This document shows, in pieces, positions 31,901-42,005 of a stretch of 64,000 bases of DNA. The DNA is taken from assembly GCA_048571215.1 (NCBI GenBank), contig CP182352.1:3456001-3520000 (forward strand), written 5' to 3'. Position 1 is the first letter of the stretch. Every line of letters starts with the position of its first letter. Under the pieces are notes generated by a model, which was not told the origin of the DNA, made no database searches, and saw only the letters and a program-made list of their open reading frames with translations. Both the position numbers and the translations under genes were made by a program. This DNA comes from Halarcobacter sp. GTDB taxonomy: Bacteria; Campylobacterota; Campylobacteria; Campylobacterales; Arcobacteraceae.

Positions 31901-32830
31901 ATGTTATATTTTTCAGGAAGGTATTCAAATATAGTAGAAAGCTTTGAAGGTGGAGTGTCTGGAACTTTTTCTTTTAAAGAAGGTAAAGAATTTGTCAAAT
32001 TTAATTTTATTAAAAGAGATATATCTGACAAAATTAGTTTTTTAGATAGAGGAAAGTATTTTGATTTAATTAGTCCTTTTGATTATGGTGGCATAGAATA
32101 TTCTAATCCATTAGTTTTAGAATCTTTTTTTAAAGCTTTTTCTGTTTGGTGTGAAGAAAATCAAATTATTAGTTTATTTATTCGGTTTGCTCCAATGTAC
32201 AATTTTGATTTTGATATTATAGAAAAATTTATAGAGATTAAAAAGATTAATGAGTTAATATATATAGATCTTTCTCACGATTTCTGGAAAGATTATTCAA
32301 GAGGAAGAAAATCAAATATTAATCGTATTAAAAAAATGGATTATAAGGTACAACTTGTTGATATTGAGGACTTTTATCCTTTATATATTGAATCAATGAA
32401 ACGTAACAAAGCACACGCTTACTATTTCTTTGATAAAGAGGTATTATATTCATTAGTTAAAGAAAATATTGCTAGATTATATGGAATATATATAGAAGAT
32501 AAATTGGTTTCGACAATTATGATTTTTGATGATATAGATAAATCATACTATTTCCTTGGAGGGGCAATAACTAATAAGTTAGTATTAGATGCAAATGCAA
32601 TGTTATTTCATGAAGTGGCATTGATATTAAAAGAGGAAGGTAAGACTATGTTCTTTTTAGGAGGAGGGCGTGATGGAGTATATAACTTTAAACAACGTTT
32701 TTCAAAAAAGACAGTACCTTATTATATAGGATATAAGGTTTATAATACTAAAATATACAATGAGTTAATTAATCTAACTCAAAGATTTGGAAATCAGTTT
32801 TTCCCACAATATAGAGAAAAAATTATTTAG
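31901..32830 (+). CDS. FemAB/GNAT-like acyl- or aminoacyl-transferase
   Basis: SPFDYGG, FIRFAP, YYFLGG, FLGGGR.GVYNFK.RF and FFPQYR, typical of GNAT proteins in glycan loci. Confidence 0.8.
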   Translation: MLYFSGRYSNIVESFEGGVSGTFSFKEGKEFVKFNFIKRDISDKISFLDRGKYFDLISPFDYGGIEYSNPLVLESFFKAFSVWCEENQIISLFIRFAPMYNFDFDIIEKFIEIKKINELIYIDLSHDFWKDYSRGRKSNINRIKKMDYKVQLVDIEDFYPLYIESMKRNKAHAYYFFDKEVLYSLVKENIARLYGIYIEDKLVSTIMIFDDIDKSYYFLGGAITNKLVLDANAMLFHEVALILKEEGKTMFFLGGGRDGVYNFKQRFSKKTVPYYIGYKVYNTKIYNELINLTQRFGNQFFPQYREKII

Positions 32831-32837
32831 GATTGTT

Positions 32838-34535
32838 ATGCTAGTTATCGGAATACATAATACGGGATATTTTTCATCATGTTCAATTTTTAAAGATAAT
32901 AGTCTAGTTTTTGCATCTGCAGAAGAACGCTTAAGTAGAATAAAGTTTGATAATCAATTTCCTTTTAATGCAATAGATAAAGGGTTGAAAAAAATAGGTG
33001 CTACTTATGATGATGTTGACGAATATATTATAGCATGGAATCCGTATATAAATGCATCATCACGATATAGAGCAGGTTTTTCTAGATGGACTGCTCACCC
33101 TATGCAAAGATTATACTCTAATATAAATGCAATTTTACCAAGAATTGAAGATAAAGAAATTGATGTTTCCTCTCAAATTATAAAATATAAAAATAAAGAG
33201 GTAAAATTTACTTTTGTAAATCATCATTTTGCACATATTGGAATGGTATATAATACTTCAGGTTTTGATAACAGTGCAATATTTATAGCTGATGGATATG
33301 GGGAAGAAACTTCAACATTACTTGCAGTTAATGAAAATGATAAATTAAGAATATTAAAAGAGCACAAATTCCCTCATTCTTTGGGAATGTTTTATGCTGC
33401 AATGACTGAGTTTATTGAATTTAATCCTGAGCAAGATGAATGGAAAGTAATGGGAGCTTCAGCATATGGAGATGAAAACAAATATTATAATCAAATAAAT
33501 AAATTAATTCATGTATCAGAAGGTGATTTAGAACTTGATTTAAATTATTTCAATTTTTATAATTTTGATACTCAAGGTTATTTTTCAAATAAAATGATAG
33601 AGTTATTAGGTGAGCCTTGTAATTATGAAGAAAATGAACAAAAGGTTTATGATATTGCAGCAGCAACACAAAAAGTTTTTGAAGAAAAAGCATTAGAATT
33701 ATTAACTTGGCTTAATACACAATATCCATCTATAACAAATCTTTGTTATGGAGGTGGAACTGCTATGAATGGTCTTTTAAATGGAAAGATAAAAAAGTTA
33801 ACACCTTATGAAAACTTACATATCTCTTTTGCTCCTGATGATATTGGAAATAGTATAGGTTCAGTTTTATATCATCATAATATTAAATTGCCAAATTTAC
33901 AATCATATCTTGGTCTAGAATATAATAATGATGAGATTGAAACAATTTTAAGTAAGTTTAAAATAAAAGCGAACTATTTTGAAGATGAAGAACTTTTTGA
34001 TGTAGTTTCAAATGCTTTAATAGATGAATCTATAGTCGCATGGTTCCAAGGTAAAATGGAGTTTGGTCAAAGAGCATTAGGAAATAGAAGCATTTTGGCA
34101 AATCCAGAAAAAGCTTCAATGAAAGATAAGTTAAATAGTGCAATAAAATATCGTGAACCCTTTCGTCCTTTTGCCCCTTCAATTTTAGAAGAAAAAGCAG
34201 ATGAGTATTTTGAAGATTATATAGAATCACCATATATGGAAAAAATATTAACTGTAAAAGAAGTATATAGAGATAAAGTAGCCGCAATAGTTCATGGAGA
34301 TTTTACAGGAAGACTTCAAACGGTTTCAAAAAACACAAATAATAAATATTATAGCTTGATTAAAGCTTTTTATGAAAAAACAGGAATCCCTTTATTGGTT
34401 AATACATCATTCAATGTTGCAGGAGAACCAGTTGTATGTAGCCCTGAAGATGCTGTAAAAACTTTTTTTACTAGTGGATTAGATATTTTGGTTTTAGGTA
34501 ATTATGTAATAAGAAAGGATAATAGTGATACTTGA
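32838..34535 (+). CDS. Carbamoyltransferase (NodU/CmcH family)
   Basis: EERLSRIK, HHFAH, DGYGE, SLGMFY, EWKVMG, EFGQRALGNRSILA, KYREPFRPFAP and NTSFN. Start placed at ATG 32838, after an AGGA. Confidence 0.95.
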   Translation: MLVIGIHNTGYFSSCSIFKDNSLVFASAEERLSRIKFDNQFPFNAIDKGLKKIGATYDDVDEYIIAWNPYINASSRYRAGFSRWTAHPMQRLYSNINAILPRIEDKEIDVSSQIIKYKNKEVKFTFVNHHFAHIGMVYNTSGFDNSAIFIADGYGEETSTLLAVNENDKLRILKEHKFPHSLGMFYAAMTEFIEFNPEQDEWKVMGASAYGDENKYYNQINKLIHVSEGDLELDLNYFNFYNFDTQGYFSNKMIELLGEPCNYEENEQKVYDIAAATQKVFEEKALELLTWLNTQYPSITNLCYGGGTAMNGLLNGKIKKLTPYENLHISFAPDDIGNSIGSVLYHHNIKLPNLQSYLGLEYNNDEIETILSKFKIKANYFEDEELFDVVSNALIDESIVAWFQGKMEFGQRALGNRSILANPEKASMKDKLNSAIKYREPFRPFAPSILEEKADEYFEDYIESPYMEKILTVKEVYRDKVAAIVHGDFTGRLQTVSKNTNNKYYSLIKAFYEKTGIPLLVNTSFNVAGEPVVCSPEDAVKTFFTSGLDILVLGNYVIRKDNSDT

Positions 34536-35577
34536 TGCTTCATCAAAATTAATTTTTCATTATGAAAAAATTAATGAATTGTTTAAAATGGGAAAGACTT
34601 ATCCTATTCACATTACAATTGGATTGACAAACTATTGTAACCATAAATGTACTTGGTGTTATATAGATTATGCTAAAGATATAAAACATCAAATTAATGC
34701 TGATAGAAAAAAATTTATGGAAGCACTCTCATCTGCAAAAAAATTTGGTGCAAAAGCAATTACAATTGTGGGGGATGGTGAACCAACATTACATCCAGAG
34801 TTTTCTGAGTTTTTAGAGGATATTAATAATTTAGGTTATGATATAGGGTTATTTACAAATGGTGCGTGGAAAAAGGATAGTATAACAGATTCTATTGCTA
34901 AGTATTGTAGATTTGTAAGATTTAGTGTTGATGCAGGTAGTTCAGAGAAACATAAAGAGACACATTTAACAAATGATTTTAATTTAGTTTTAGCAAATAT
35001 AGAAAAGGTAGTTCAAAAAAAAGAAAAAAATTTAACTGTAGGAGTGCAGTTTGCTTTTAATCAAGATAATTTAGAGGATATAGAAAAGGCAGCAGATCTT
35101 TATAAGAGTTTAAATGTTGATTATCTAGCATATAAGCCTGTTTATAAAAATGAATTAAATGATGAACATAAAGAAAATACAGTAGAATCAGAAACAACTT
35201 ATGAGATGTTAAAAAAGGCAAAATTAAAAGAGACTGAGAATTTTAAAGTGTATTGGAAAGATTGGCAGCTTAATGCATTGGTATATGAAAAAGATTCTTC
35301 TCGAGGATATGATACTTGTCGTGCAATTTGGTTGTCTCCCTATTTTGATGAAAATGGAAACGTAGAGTTTTGTGGAAATTTAAAAGGAAGAGGGTTTACT
35401 ATAGGGAATATTTATGAAAATAAATTTGAAGAGATATGGATGAGTGAAGAACATTTAAAAAAAGTTGATAGTATTGATTTGAAATCTTGTCCTCAAGGGT
35501 GTAAATTACATGGAATAAATTTAAAATTAGAATCTATTGTAAATCCAAATCCTAATGAACATACGAATTTTATATAG
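34525..35577 (+). CDS. Radical SAM/twitch-domain protein (paralogue 3)
   Basis: CNHKCTWC, VGDGEP and FTNG; C-terminal C..NGNVEFC..IGNI..CPQGC; ends HTNFI. Confidence 0.92.
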   Translation: MILDASSKLIFHYEKINELFKMGKTYPIHITIGLTNYCNHKCTWCYIDYAKDIKHQINADRKKFMEALSSAKKFGAKAITIVGDGEPTLHPEFSEFLEDINNLGYDIGLFTNGAWKKDSITDSIAKYCRFVRFSVDAGSSEKHKETHLTNDFNLVLANIEKVVQKKEKNLTVGVQFAFNQDNLEDIEKAADLYKSLNVDYLAYKPVYKNELNDEHKENTVESETTYEMLKKAKLKETENFKVYWKDWQLNALVYEKDSSRGYDTCRAIWLSPYFDENGNVEFCGNLKGRGFTIGNIYENKFEEIWMSEEHLKKVDSIDLKSCPQGCKLHGINLKLESIVNPNPNEHTNFI

Positions 35578-35585
35578 GTATAGAT

Positions 35586-36650
35586 GTGAAAGATAAGTTT
35601 AATTTGGATTCCCATAAATTTCATTATCATATTGATGCAATAAATGATTTTGTCCAGGGGAAAGAAGCAAAACCGATTTATGTAGAGATATCACCTACTG
35701 CATATTGTAATCATGAGTGTACTTTTTGCCATTACAATTATTTAGGGCATAAAGGTAGATTTGAAGATAATAATAGATTGTATACATTGATTGATGAAGT
35801 GAAATCTATAGGTGCGAAAAGTGTAGTATTTGCTGGAATAGGAGAACCTACATTGAATAAAGAGACTATTCCTGCTATCTTACATGCAAAAGATTTAGGA
35901 TTAGATGTTGCTATGAGTACAAATGGTGCATTATTGAAAGAAGATGATATAAAAAAACTAGTTGAGACTTTGACTTGGATTCGTTTCTCTTTTAATGCAA
36001 CAAATAAAGAATCATATGCAAAAATACATAAAACAAAAGAGAGTGATTTTGATTTAGTTTTAAGTAATATTGAAAAAATGTCAAATTGGAAAAGAAAGCT
36101 AAATAAAAATATTACTATAGGGGTTCAGCTTATCTTAATTCCTGAAAACTGTGAAGAGATTGAGAGTTTAGTAAAACGCTTAAAGTCAATTGGTGTTGAT
36201 TATTTTGTAGTGAAACACTTTTATTCTCATGAAAAGAATGAGTTTAAGTTAGAAAAAACATTCCCTGATAAAAAGGTAATGAATAATTTATTTGAGTTAA
36301 GTGTAAAATATAATTCGGATAAATTCAATATGATTGTTAGAAGCCCAGAAATATTGTTAGAAGATAGAAAATATAATAAATGTTATGGATTACCATATAT
36401 TTTATATATTCGTGAGGATGGAAATCTTTTTTCATGTTTTGCATATCAACATGATGAAAAGTTTGTATTGGGGAATATATTTGAAAATAGTTTACAAGAT
36501 ATTTGGGAATCTAAAAAGAAAAAAGATGCTATAGATTATATAAATAATTGTATTGATAAAAATAATTGTCAACCTAGTTGTCGTCATCATCAAATTAATA
36601 ATTACTTATGGGATTTAAAACATCCTAATGATCATATAAATTTTATTTAG
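35586..36650 (+). CDS. Radical SAM/twitch-domain protein (paralogue 4)
   Basis: CNHECTFC, AGIGEP and STNG; C-terminal C..DGNLFSC..LGNI..CQPSCR; ends HINFI. Confidence 0.92.
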   Translation: MKDKFNLDSHKFHYHIDAINDFVQGKEAKPIYVEISPTAYCNHECTFCHYNYLGHKGRFEDNNRLYTLIDEVKSIGAKSVVFAGIGEPTLNKETIPAILHAKDLGLDVAMSTNGALLKEDDIKKLVETLTWIRFSFNATNKESYAKIHKTKESDFDLVLSNIEKMSNWKRKLNKNITIGVQLILIPENCEEIESLVKRLKSIGVDYFVVKHFYSHEKNEFKLEKTFPDKKVMNNLFELSVKYNSDKFNMIVRSPEILLEDRKYNKCYGLPYILYIREDGNLFSCFAYQHDEKFVLGNIFENSLQDIWESKKKKDAIDYINNCIDKNNCQPSCRHHQINNYLWDLKHPNDHINFI

Positions 36651-36657
36651 GTTAATT

Positions 36658-37758
36658 ATGAATATAAAATATATTAATTTATCAGTTAGTGAAGATGAAT
36701 ATAATAAAAATATCTCTCCTTTAATTAAAGAGGTACTTTTTAAGGGAGATTTTATTGGTGGTGAAGTTGTAGAACTCTTTGAAAAGAATTTTGCAAAATA
36801 TTGTGGAAGTAAATATGCTATCTCAGTAGCTTCTGGAACAGATGCTTTAATCTTGGCATTAATTGCTTATGGTATAGGAAAAAATGATGAAGTTATCACT
36901 GTATCAAATTCATTTATTGCTACAGCAAATGCAATAGTAATGGCAGGTGCAAAACCAGTTTTTGTTGATATAGAAGATGATTTATTAATTGACTATCAAA
37001 AAATTGAAGAATCAATCACTTCGAAAACAAGAGCAATTATGCCTGTTCATTTGATGGGCTTGTCATGTGACATGGATGAGATAAATAAAATTGCAAAAAA
37101 ATATAATTTAGTTGTAATTGAAGATGCTGCTCAAAGTGTTGGGAGTATTTATAAAGAAAAGAAGACTGGTGTTTTAGGTGATGTTGGTTGCTTTTCTTTA
37201 CATCCTTTAAAAAATTTAAGTGGTATTGGAGATGGTGGAATAATAACTACCAATCAAAAGAGTATTGCAAAAAAGCTTTTACAATTAAGAAATAATGGAT
37301 TAAAAGATAGAGACTCTCAAGTTGTATTTGGAAGAGTTTCAAGATTGGATACTATAAAAGCATCTGTATTAAATTATAGATTACAATATTTAGATGCAAT
37401 TATTAGTGAAAGAATAAAAAAGGCTAAAAAGTATATAGAAAATTTAAAAAAAGTGAAACACTTAGAGCTTATTGAATATGAACAAGAAATTAAATTACAT
37501 AGTTATCATATCTTTGTTGTAAAAGTAAAAAAAAGAGATGAATTACAACAGTTTTTATTGGATAATGGGATTGAGACTAAAATACATTATCCTAAATTAA
37601 TACATAAAAATAAAACATATAAATCTAATAAGTATCATTTACCTAAAAGTGAAAAACTAGTAAAAAAGATTTTAACTTTACCTTTAGCAAATGTTTCTAA
37701 TGAAGAAATAGAATATATATGTAAGAAAATTAATCAATTTTATATGAAGGAAAATTAA
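36658..37758 (+). CDS. DegT/DnrJ/EryC1/StrS sugar aminotransferase
   Basis: SGTDAL, MPVHLMG, IEDAAQ and FSLHPLKNLSGIGDGG. Confidence 0.95.
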   Translation: MNIKYINLSVSEDEYNKNISPLIKEVLFKGDFIGGEVVELFEKNFAKYCGSKYAISVASGTDALILALIAYGIGKNDEVITVSNSFIATANAIVMAGAKPVFVDIEDDLLIDYQKIEESITSKTRAIMPVHLMGLSCDMDEINKIAKKYNLVVIEDAAQSVGSIYKEKKTGVLGDVGCFSLHPLKNLSGIGDGGIITTNQKSIAKKLLQLRNNGLKDRDSQVVFGRVSRLDTIKASVLNYRLQYLDAIISERIKKAKKYIENLKKVKHLELIEYEQEIKLHSYHIFVVKVKKRDELQQFLLDNGIETKIHYPKLIHKNKTYKSNKYHLPKSEKLVKKILTLPLANVSNEEIEYICKKINQFYMKEN

Positions 37759-37759
37759 T

Positions 37760-38635
37760 ATGAAAATATTAATAATAAAACTAGGCTTTTCAGAAACTTT
37801 AGATGAAGAGATTAGTAGATTTAGTTCTTTAGGAGATGTTTTAAGAACAACACCAATTTTGCCAACATTGAAAGAGCAATATCCTGATTCAAAAATCACA
37901 TGGCTTGTTGATGAAGCACCATATGCACTTTTAAAAGATAATGAATATATTGATAGAATATTAATATGGGATAGTTTTGTAGGTTTTCAATTATTAGAAG
38001 AGCGTTTTGATATAGTTATAAATCTTGAAAAAATAGCAGGACTTTGTGCTATTACAAATCGTATTAATGCTTGGAAAAAATATGGCTTTAGATTTGATGA
38101 ACTAAATGGTTCATATAATGTATATGAGGGAAGTGAGTATGCTTTAGATTTGTGTACAAAACATGAGATAAAGAAAAATAACAATAAAATTTGGCAAGAG
38201 GTTTTAATAGAGATGGTTGGTGGAACTTGGCAACATCAACCATATGTATTAGGTTATAAGCCTAAAACTAAAGAGATAAATGATATTGGGTTTAATTATA
38301 AAGTAGGTGCAAAATTTCCAGAAAAAGCATGGGCTGATGAGAATTGGGAAGAGTTAGAAGATAAACTAAAAAATGACAATTTAACAGTTTCATGGCAAGA
38401 AGGTTTAGCAAACTTATATGAATATATTGATTGGATAAATACAAATAAAATTATTGTTACAAATGATAGTTTAGGTCTTCATATCGCCTTAGCATTAGGG
38501 AAGCAAGTTGTTGCTATGTTTGGTCCAACAAGTTCAAAAGAGGTCTTTTTTTATAACTCTCAAGTAATAGATAAAGATAGAATGTCTAAAATTAGTGTTG
38601 AAGAAGTTTATGAAAAAATCAAATCCTTTAGTTAG
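37760..38635 (+). CDS. Glycosyltransferase family 9
   Basis: SSLGDVLRTTPIL and TNDSLGLHIALALGKQVVAMFGPT. Confidence 0.9.
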   Translation: MKILIIKLGFSETLDEEISRFSSLGDVLRTTPILPTLKEQYPDSKITWLVDEAPYALLKDNEYIDRILIWDSFVGFQLLEERFDIVINLEKIAGLCAITNRINAWKKYGFRFDELNGSYNVYEGSEYALDLCTKHEIKKNNNKIWQEVLIEMVGGTWQHQPYVLGYKPKTKEINDIGFNYKVGAKFPEKAWADENWEELEDKLKNDNLTVSWQEGLANLYEYIDWINTNKIIVTNDSLGLHIALALGKQVVAMFGPTSSKEVFFYNSQVIDKDRMSKISVEEVYEKIKSFS

Positions 38636-39773
38636 TGTAATTATTACAACTTATAATAGATATAGTTTATTAAAGTTTGCATTAAAAGAATTAGCAAAAC
38701 AAACTTATAAAAATCTTGAAATAATAGTTAGTGATGATTGTTCTTCTGATAATACAAAAGAAATAAAAAATGACTTTCCTTTTATAAAATATATAAAAAA
38801 CACTAAACAAAGTGGTTATTTATTAAATGCAAAATATGCACTGTCATATGTAACTGGTGATTATGTAATATTTGCTACAGATGATGATCTTTTTGGAAAT
38901 AAATTTTTTATTGAAAAATCAATAGATATGTTTAAAAGTGATAGAAATATTGATATGATTTTTTCTAGAGTGGAGATTATTTATGGAAAGACAAAAATAC
39001 TTAATAAGTTTCCATTTAAAAACTGTTATACACGTGAGGGATTTTTTGATAATTTTGAGGAACTAAATTTAAACTTTGATGATTATTATGTATTAAGCTC
39101 TATAGTATTTAAAAAAGAAAAACTTGATTTGATAAATCCATTTAATTCAATTTTTGAGAATTCTGCAACAATTGATAGTAGTATTATTTTTAGATATGTA
39201 AGTATTTGTGAGAAAATTGCATTTTTAGATTTAGTAGGATATCGTTGGAATAGACCAATAGAAAATAGTTTAAGTAATTCAAATAGAAATGACTTAGTAA
39301 AACAAGCGAAGTTTAATTTAGTTTTTCCCTTTGATGTTGATTCTTTTGTGGATAAATTAGATAATATTGATTTAGGTTTAAAGAAAAAAATAAAGTCAAT
39401 AATGAGTAAAAGAGTTGAATACGTGTTTCAAGCAGTTTTATCAGAAAAAGAGCGTTTAAATAACCAAACTAATTTTAAAAACTTAGTTAATAAACTAGAT
39501 TTAAATAATACCATTTATATTTATGGTAGAGGGTGGACAGGTTTAGAACTTAAAAACTTTTTTTATGAAAATAAGATTACAGATTTTATATTTGTTGATG
39601 ATTATAAAGTAGGCTTTGATGATACAATGGGTTTTGATGAGTTTAAATCAATAGGATCTTATAAACAAACAGTTATTACAAGTTATAAATATAAAGATAT
39701 TTATAATATATATCGTAAATTAAATAAGTTAAATAATATAGAGATATATGATTTATTAGGTACAGATGAATAA
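38610..39773 (+). CDS. Glycosyltransferase family 2 with a C-terminal Rossmann-like module
   Basis: VSVIITTYNR, IIVSDDCSSD and TDDD; C-terminal IYIYGRG...FVDD. Start placed at ATG 38610. Confidence 0.9.
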   Translation: MKKSNPLVSVIITTYNRYSLLKFALKELAKQTYKNLEIIVSDDCSSDNTKEIKNDFPFIKYIKNTKQSGYLLNAKYALSYVTGDYVIFATDDDLFGNKFFIEKSIDMFKSDRNIDMIFSRVEIIYGKTKILNKFPFKNCYTREGFFDNFEELNLNFDDYYVLSSIVFKKEKLDLINPFNSIFENSATIDSSIIFRYVSICEKIAFLDLVGYRWNRPIENSLSNSNRNDLVKQAKFNLVFPFDVDSFVDKLDNIDLGLKKKIKSIMSKRVEYVFQAVLSEKERLNNQTNFKNLVNKLDLNNTIYIYGRGWTGLELKNFFYENKITDFIFVDDYKVGFDDTMGFDEFKSIGSYKQTVITSYKYKDIYNIYRKLNKLNNIEIYDLLGTDE

Positions 39774-39784
39774 GGGTATGAAAT

Positions 39785-41065
39785 ATGAGTAAAATATTAA
39801 AATGGGCACAAGAACTTTATACTGCCGAACATCAAAAGAAGATAAAGTATCCAGTCACAAAAGAAAGAACTATTACAAAGCGAGGTGTAGTATGGCTAGG
39901 ACAAACCTGTAATATAGAGTGTTATTTTTGTTTTTACAAAGATAAAATAGAAGATAAAACACATCCAGAGCACCCTTTCATGTCACTAGAAAAAGCAAAA
40001 AAGATTTTTCATACCTTAAGATATACATATGGTAATACAGCAATTGATATTCAAGGTGGAGAACCAACTATTTATCCACATATCTTTGAGTTAATTGAAT
40101 ATTGTAATGAGATAGGATTAAAGCCAACACTTATAACAAATTCAATTGTTTTAGCAAATAAGGCACAAGCACAAAAGTTCAAAGATGCAGGGGTAAATGA
40201 TTTTGTAGTAAGTACCCATGCTATAGGTGATGAGTATGACAGAATTGTAGGGCACAAAGGTGGAAGTAAAAAACAGATGCAAGCATTAAAAAACTTGCAA
40301 GAGTTAGAAATACCTTTTCGTATGAATTGCACTATGACTAAAGAGGTTATCTCACAACTTCCACAAATTGCTAAAATGGCAATTGATGTGGGAGCTAAAG
40401 TTGTAAACTTTATAACATTTTTACCATTTGCAGATCAGCAAGGAAATAGGGACTTAAAAGATGTTCCAAACTATACGGCAATTTCAGAAAACATATCTGA
40501 TGCAATTGATACTTTAGAGGATGCAGGTATAGAGTGTAATGTAAGATATTTCCCTTTTTGTATGTTAAAAGAAAAGCATAGAAAAAATATTTATAATTAT
40601 CAACAGCTCTCTTATGACCATCACGAATGGGATTATAACTCTTGGACATGGACAACAAGATTTAATCAGCGTTCAAATTCTGATACACTGGATGAGCCAA
40701 TTCCAATTTTAATGTATGGGATTGATGAGTATAATGATATTGATTTTTCTATAATGTCTAAGCATGGTACAAAAGAGCATTATATGAAAAATATAGACTT
40801 AAAAGAGCATCTATTAAAACTTTTTAACGCTGATATTCCAAAAGAGTTATTATATAAACAAAATGGTAAATTAAGAGCTCAAAAACATTGTGAATACAAG
40901 TTTGCTAAGGTTTGTGAACAGTGTAGTGTAAAAGATATATGTGATGGAATGCATAATGATTATAGAGATGTATTTGGAGAAGATGAATTAAAACCAATTG
41001 TTTTAGATGAAGAAATAACTGATCCAACTTATTATATAAAACATCAAGAAAAAATTATAGATTAG
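39785..41065 (+). CDS. Radical SAM protein with a C-terminal CxxCx5C cluster
   Basis: CNIECYFC, QGGEP, LITN, RYFPFC and CEQCSVKDICDG. Confidence 0.9.
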   Translation: MSKILKWAQELYTAEHQKKIKYPVTKERTITKRGVVWLGQTCNIECYFCFYKDKIEDKTHPEHPFMSLEKAKKIFHTLRYTYGNTAIDIQGGEPTIYPHIFELIEYCNEIGLKPTLITNSIVLANKAQAQKFKDAGVNDFVVSTHAIGDEYDRIVGHKGGSKKQMQALKNLQELEIPFRMNCTMTKEVISQLPQIAKMAIDVGAKVVNFITFLPFADQQGNRDLKDVPNYTAISENISDAIDTLEDAGIECNVRYFPFCMLKEKHRKNIYNYQQLSYDHHEWDYNSWTWTTRFNQRSNSDTLDEPIPILMYGIDEYNDIDFSIMSKHGTKEHYMKNIDLKEHLLKLFNADIPKELLYKQNGKLRAQKHCEYKFAKVCEQCSVKDICDGMHNDYRDVFGEDELKPIVLDEEITDPTYYIKHQEKIID

Positions 41066-41072
41066 GATTAAA

Positions 41073-42005
41073 ATGTCAACTTTTGTATCTATTTTAATTG
41101 ATAATTACAATTATGAAAAATATATATCAAATGCTATTGAGTCTGCTTTAAACCAAACTTATAAAAACTATGAGATTATTATTGTAGATGATGGTTCAAT
41201 AGATGATTCTAAGAAGATTATAGATTCTTATGTTCAAAAATACCCACAAATTATTAGAGCAATATATAAAGAAAATGGAGGACAAGCCTCAGCATTTAAT
41301 GTTGGAATAAAAGAGATAAAGGGGGAACTTATTTGCTTTTTAGATAGTGATGATGAGTTTGAAAGTAATAAGTTAGAAGAGATTGTAGATTTATATGAAA
41401 AGGGGTATGAATATATTTTCAATGATCATACAATGATTTTTGACAATAATGCTCCTAAAGGTTATGAACCAATTAGATACCCATATAACGGTCAAAATCT
41501 ATTTTTGCTGTATTATATCTCAAAATACGTGGGTGGTATTTGCTCAACCTTAAGTATTTCTAAAAAAATTGCAGAACAAATTTTTCCAATAGAGGATGAA
41601 AAGGGGTGGAGAATACAAGCTGATGATGTTATTGTTTATATGTCAGCAATGTTAACACAATCTTATTTCTCTACAAAAAGGTTGACTCGTTATAGAATAC
41701 ATGGTAATAACGGATACTATAACAAACCCATACCAAATAATAGAAAATTTGAAAGATTGAAACGTATTGGAACTTTGAAGAAAAAAGCAGTAGAGATATT
41801 AGATTTAGATGAGGGTTTTTTTAAAAATAGTTTTAATTTAGTTGCTGAGTTCAAAACTCATCATAATTATGATTTTGAACTTTTAAAACTTTACACAAGA
41901 GTTCTTTTCCAAGAGATGGATATCCCTTTTGTAAAAAAGCTAATTGCTTATTATGATATAATGAAATATTATTTAGAACATAAAACAAAAAAAGAGAATA
42001 AATAG
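41073..42005 (+). CDS. Glycosyltransferase family 2
   Basis: [31 protein letters not shown] and YRIHG. Confidence 0.93.
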   Translation: MSTFVSILIDNYNYEKYISNAIESALNQTYKNYEIIIVDDGSIDDSKKIIDSYVQKYPQIIRAIYKENGGQASAFNVGIKEIKGELICFLDSDDEFESNKLEEIVDLYEKGYEYIFNDHTMIFDNNAPKGYEPIRYPYNGQNLFLLYYISKYVGGICSTLSISKKIAEQIFPIEDEKGWRIQADDVIVYMSAMLTQSYFSTKRLTRYRIHGNNGYYNKPIPNNRKFERLKRIGTLKKKAVEILDLDEGFFKNSFNLVAEFKTHHNYDFELLKLYTRVLFQEMDIPFVKKLIAYYDIMKYYLEHKTKKENK

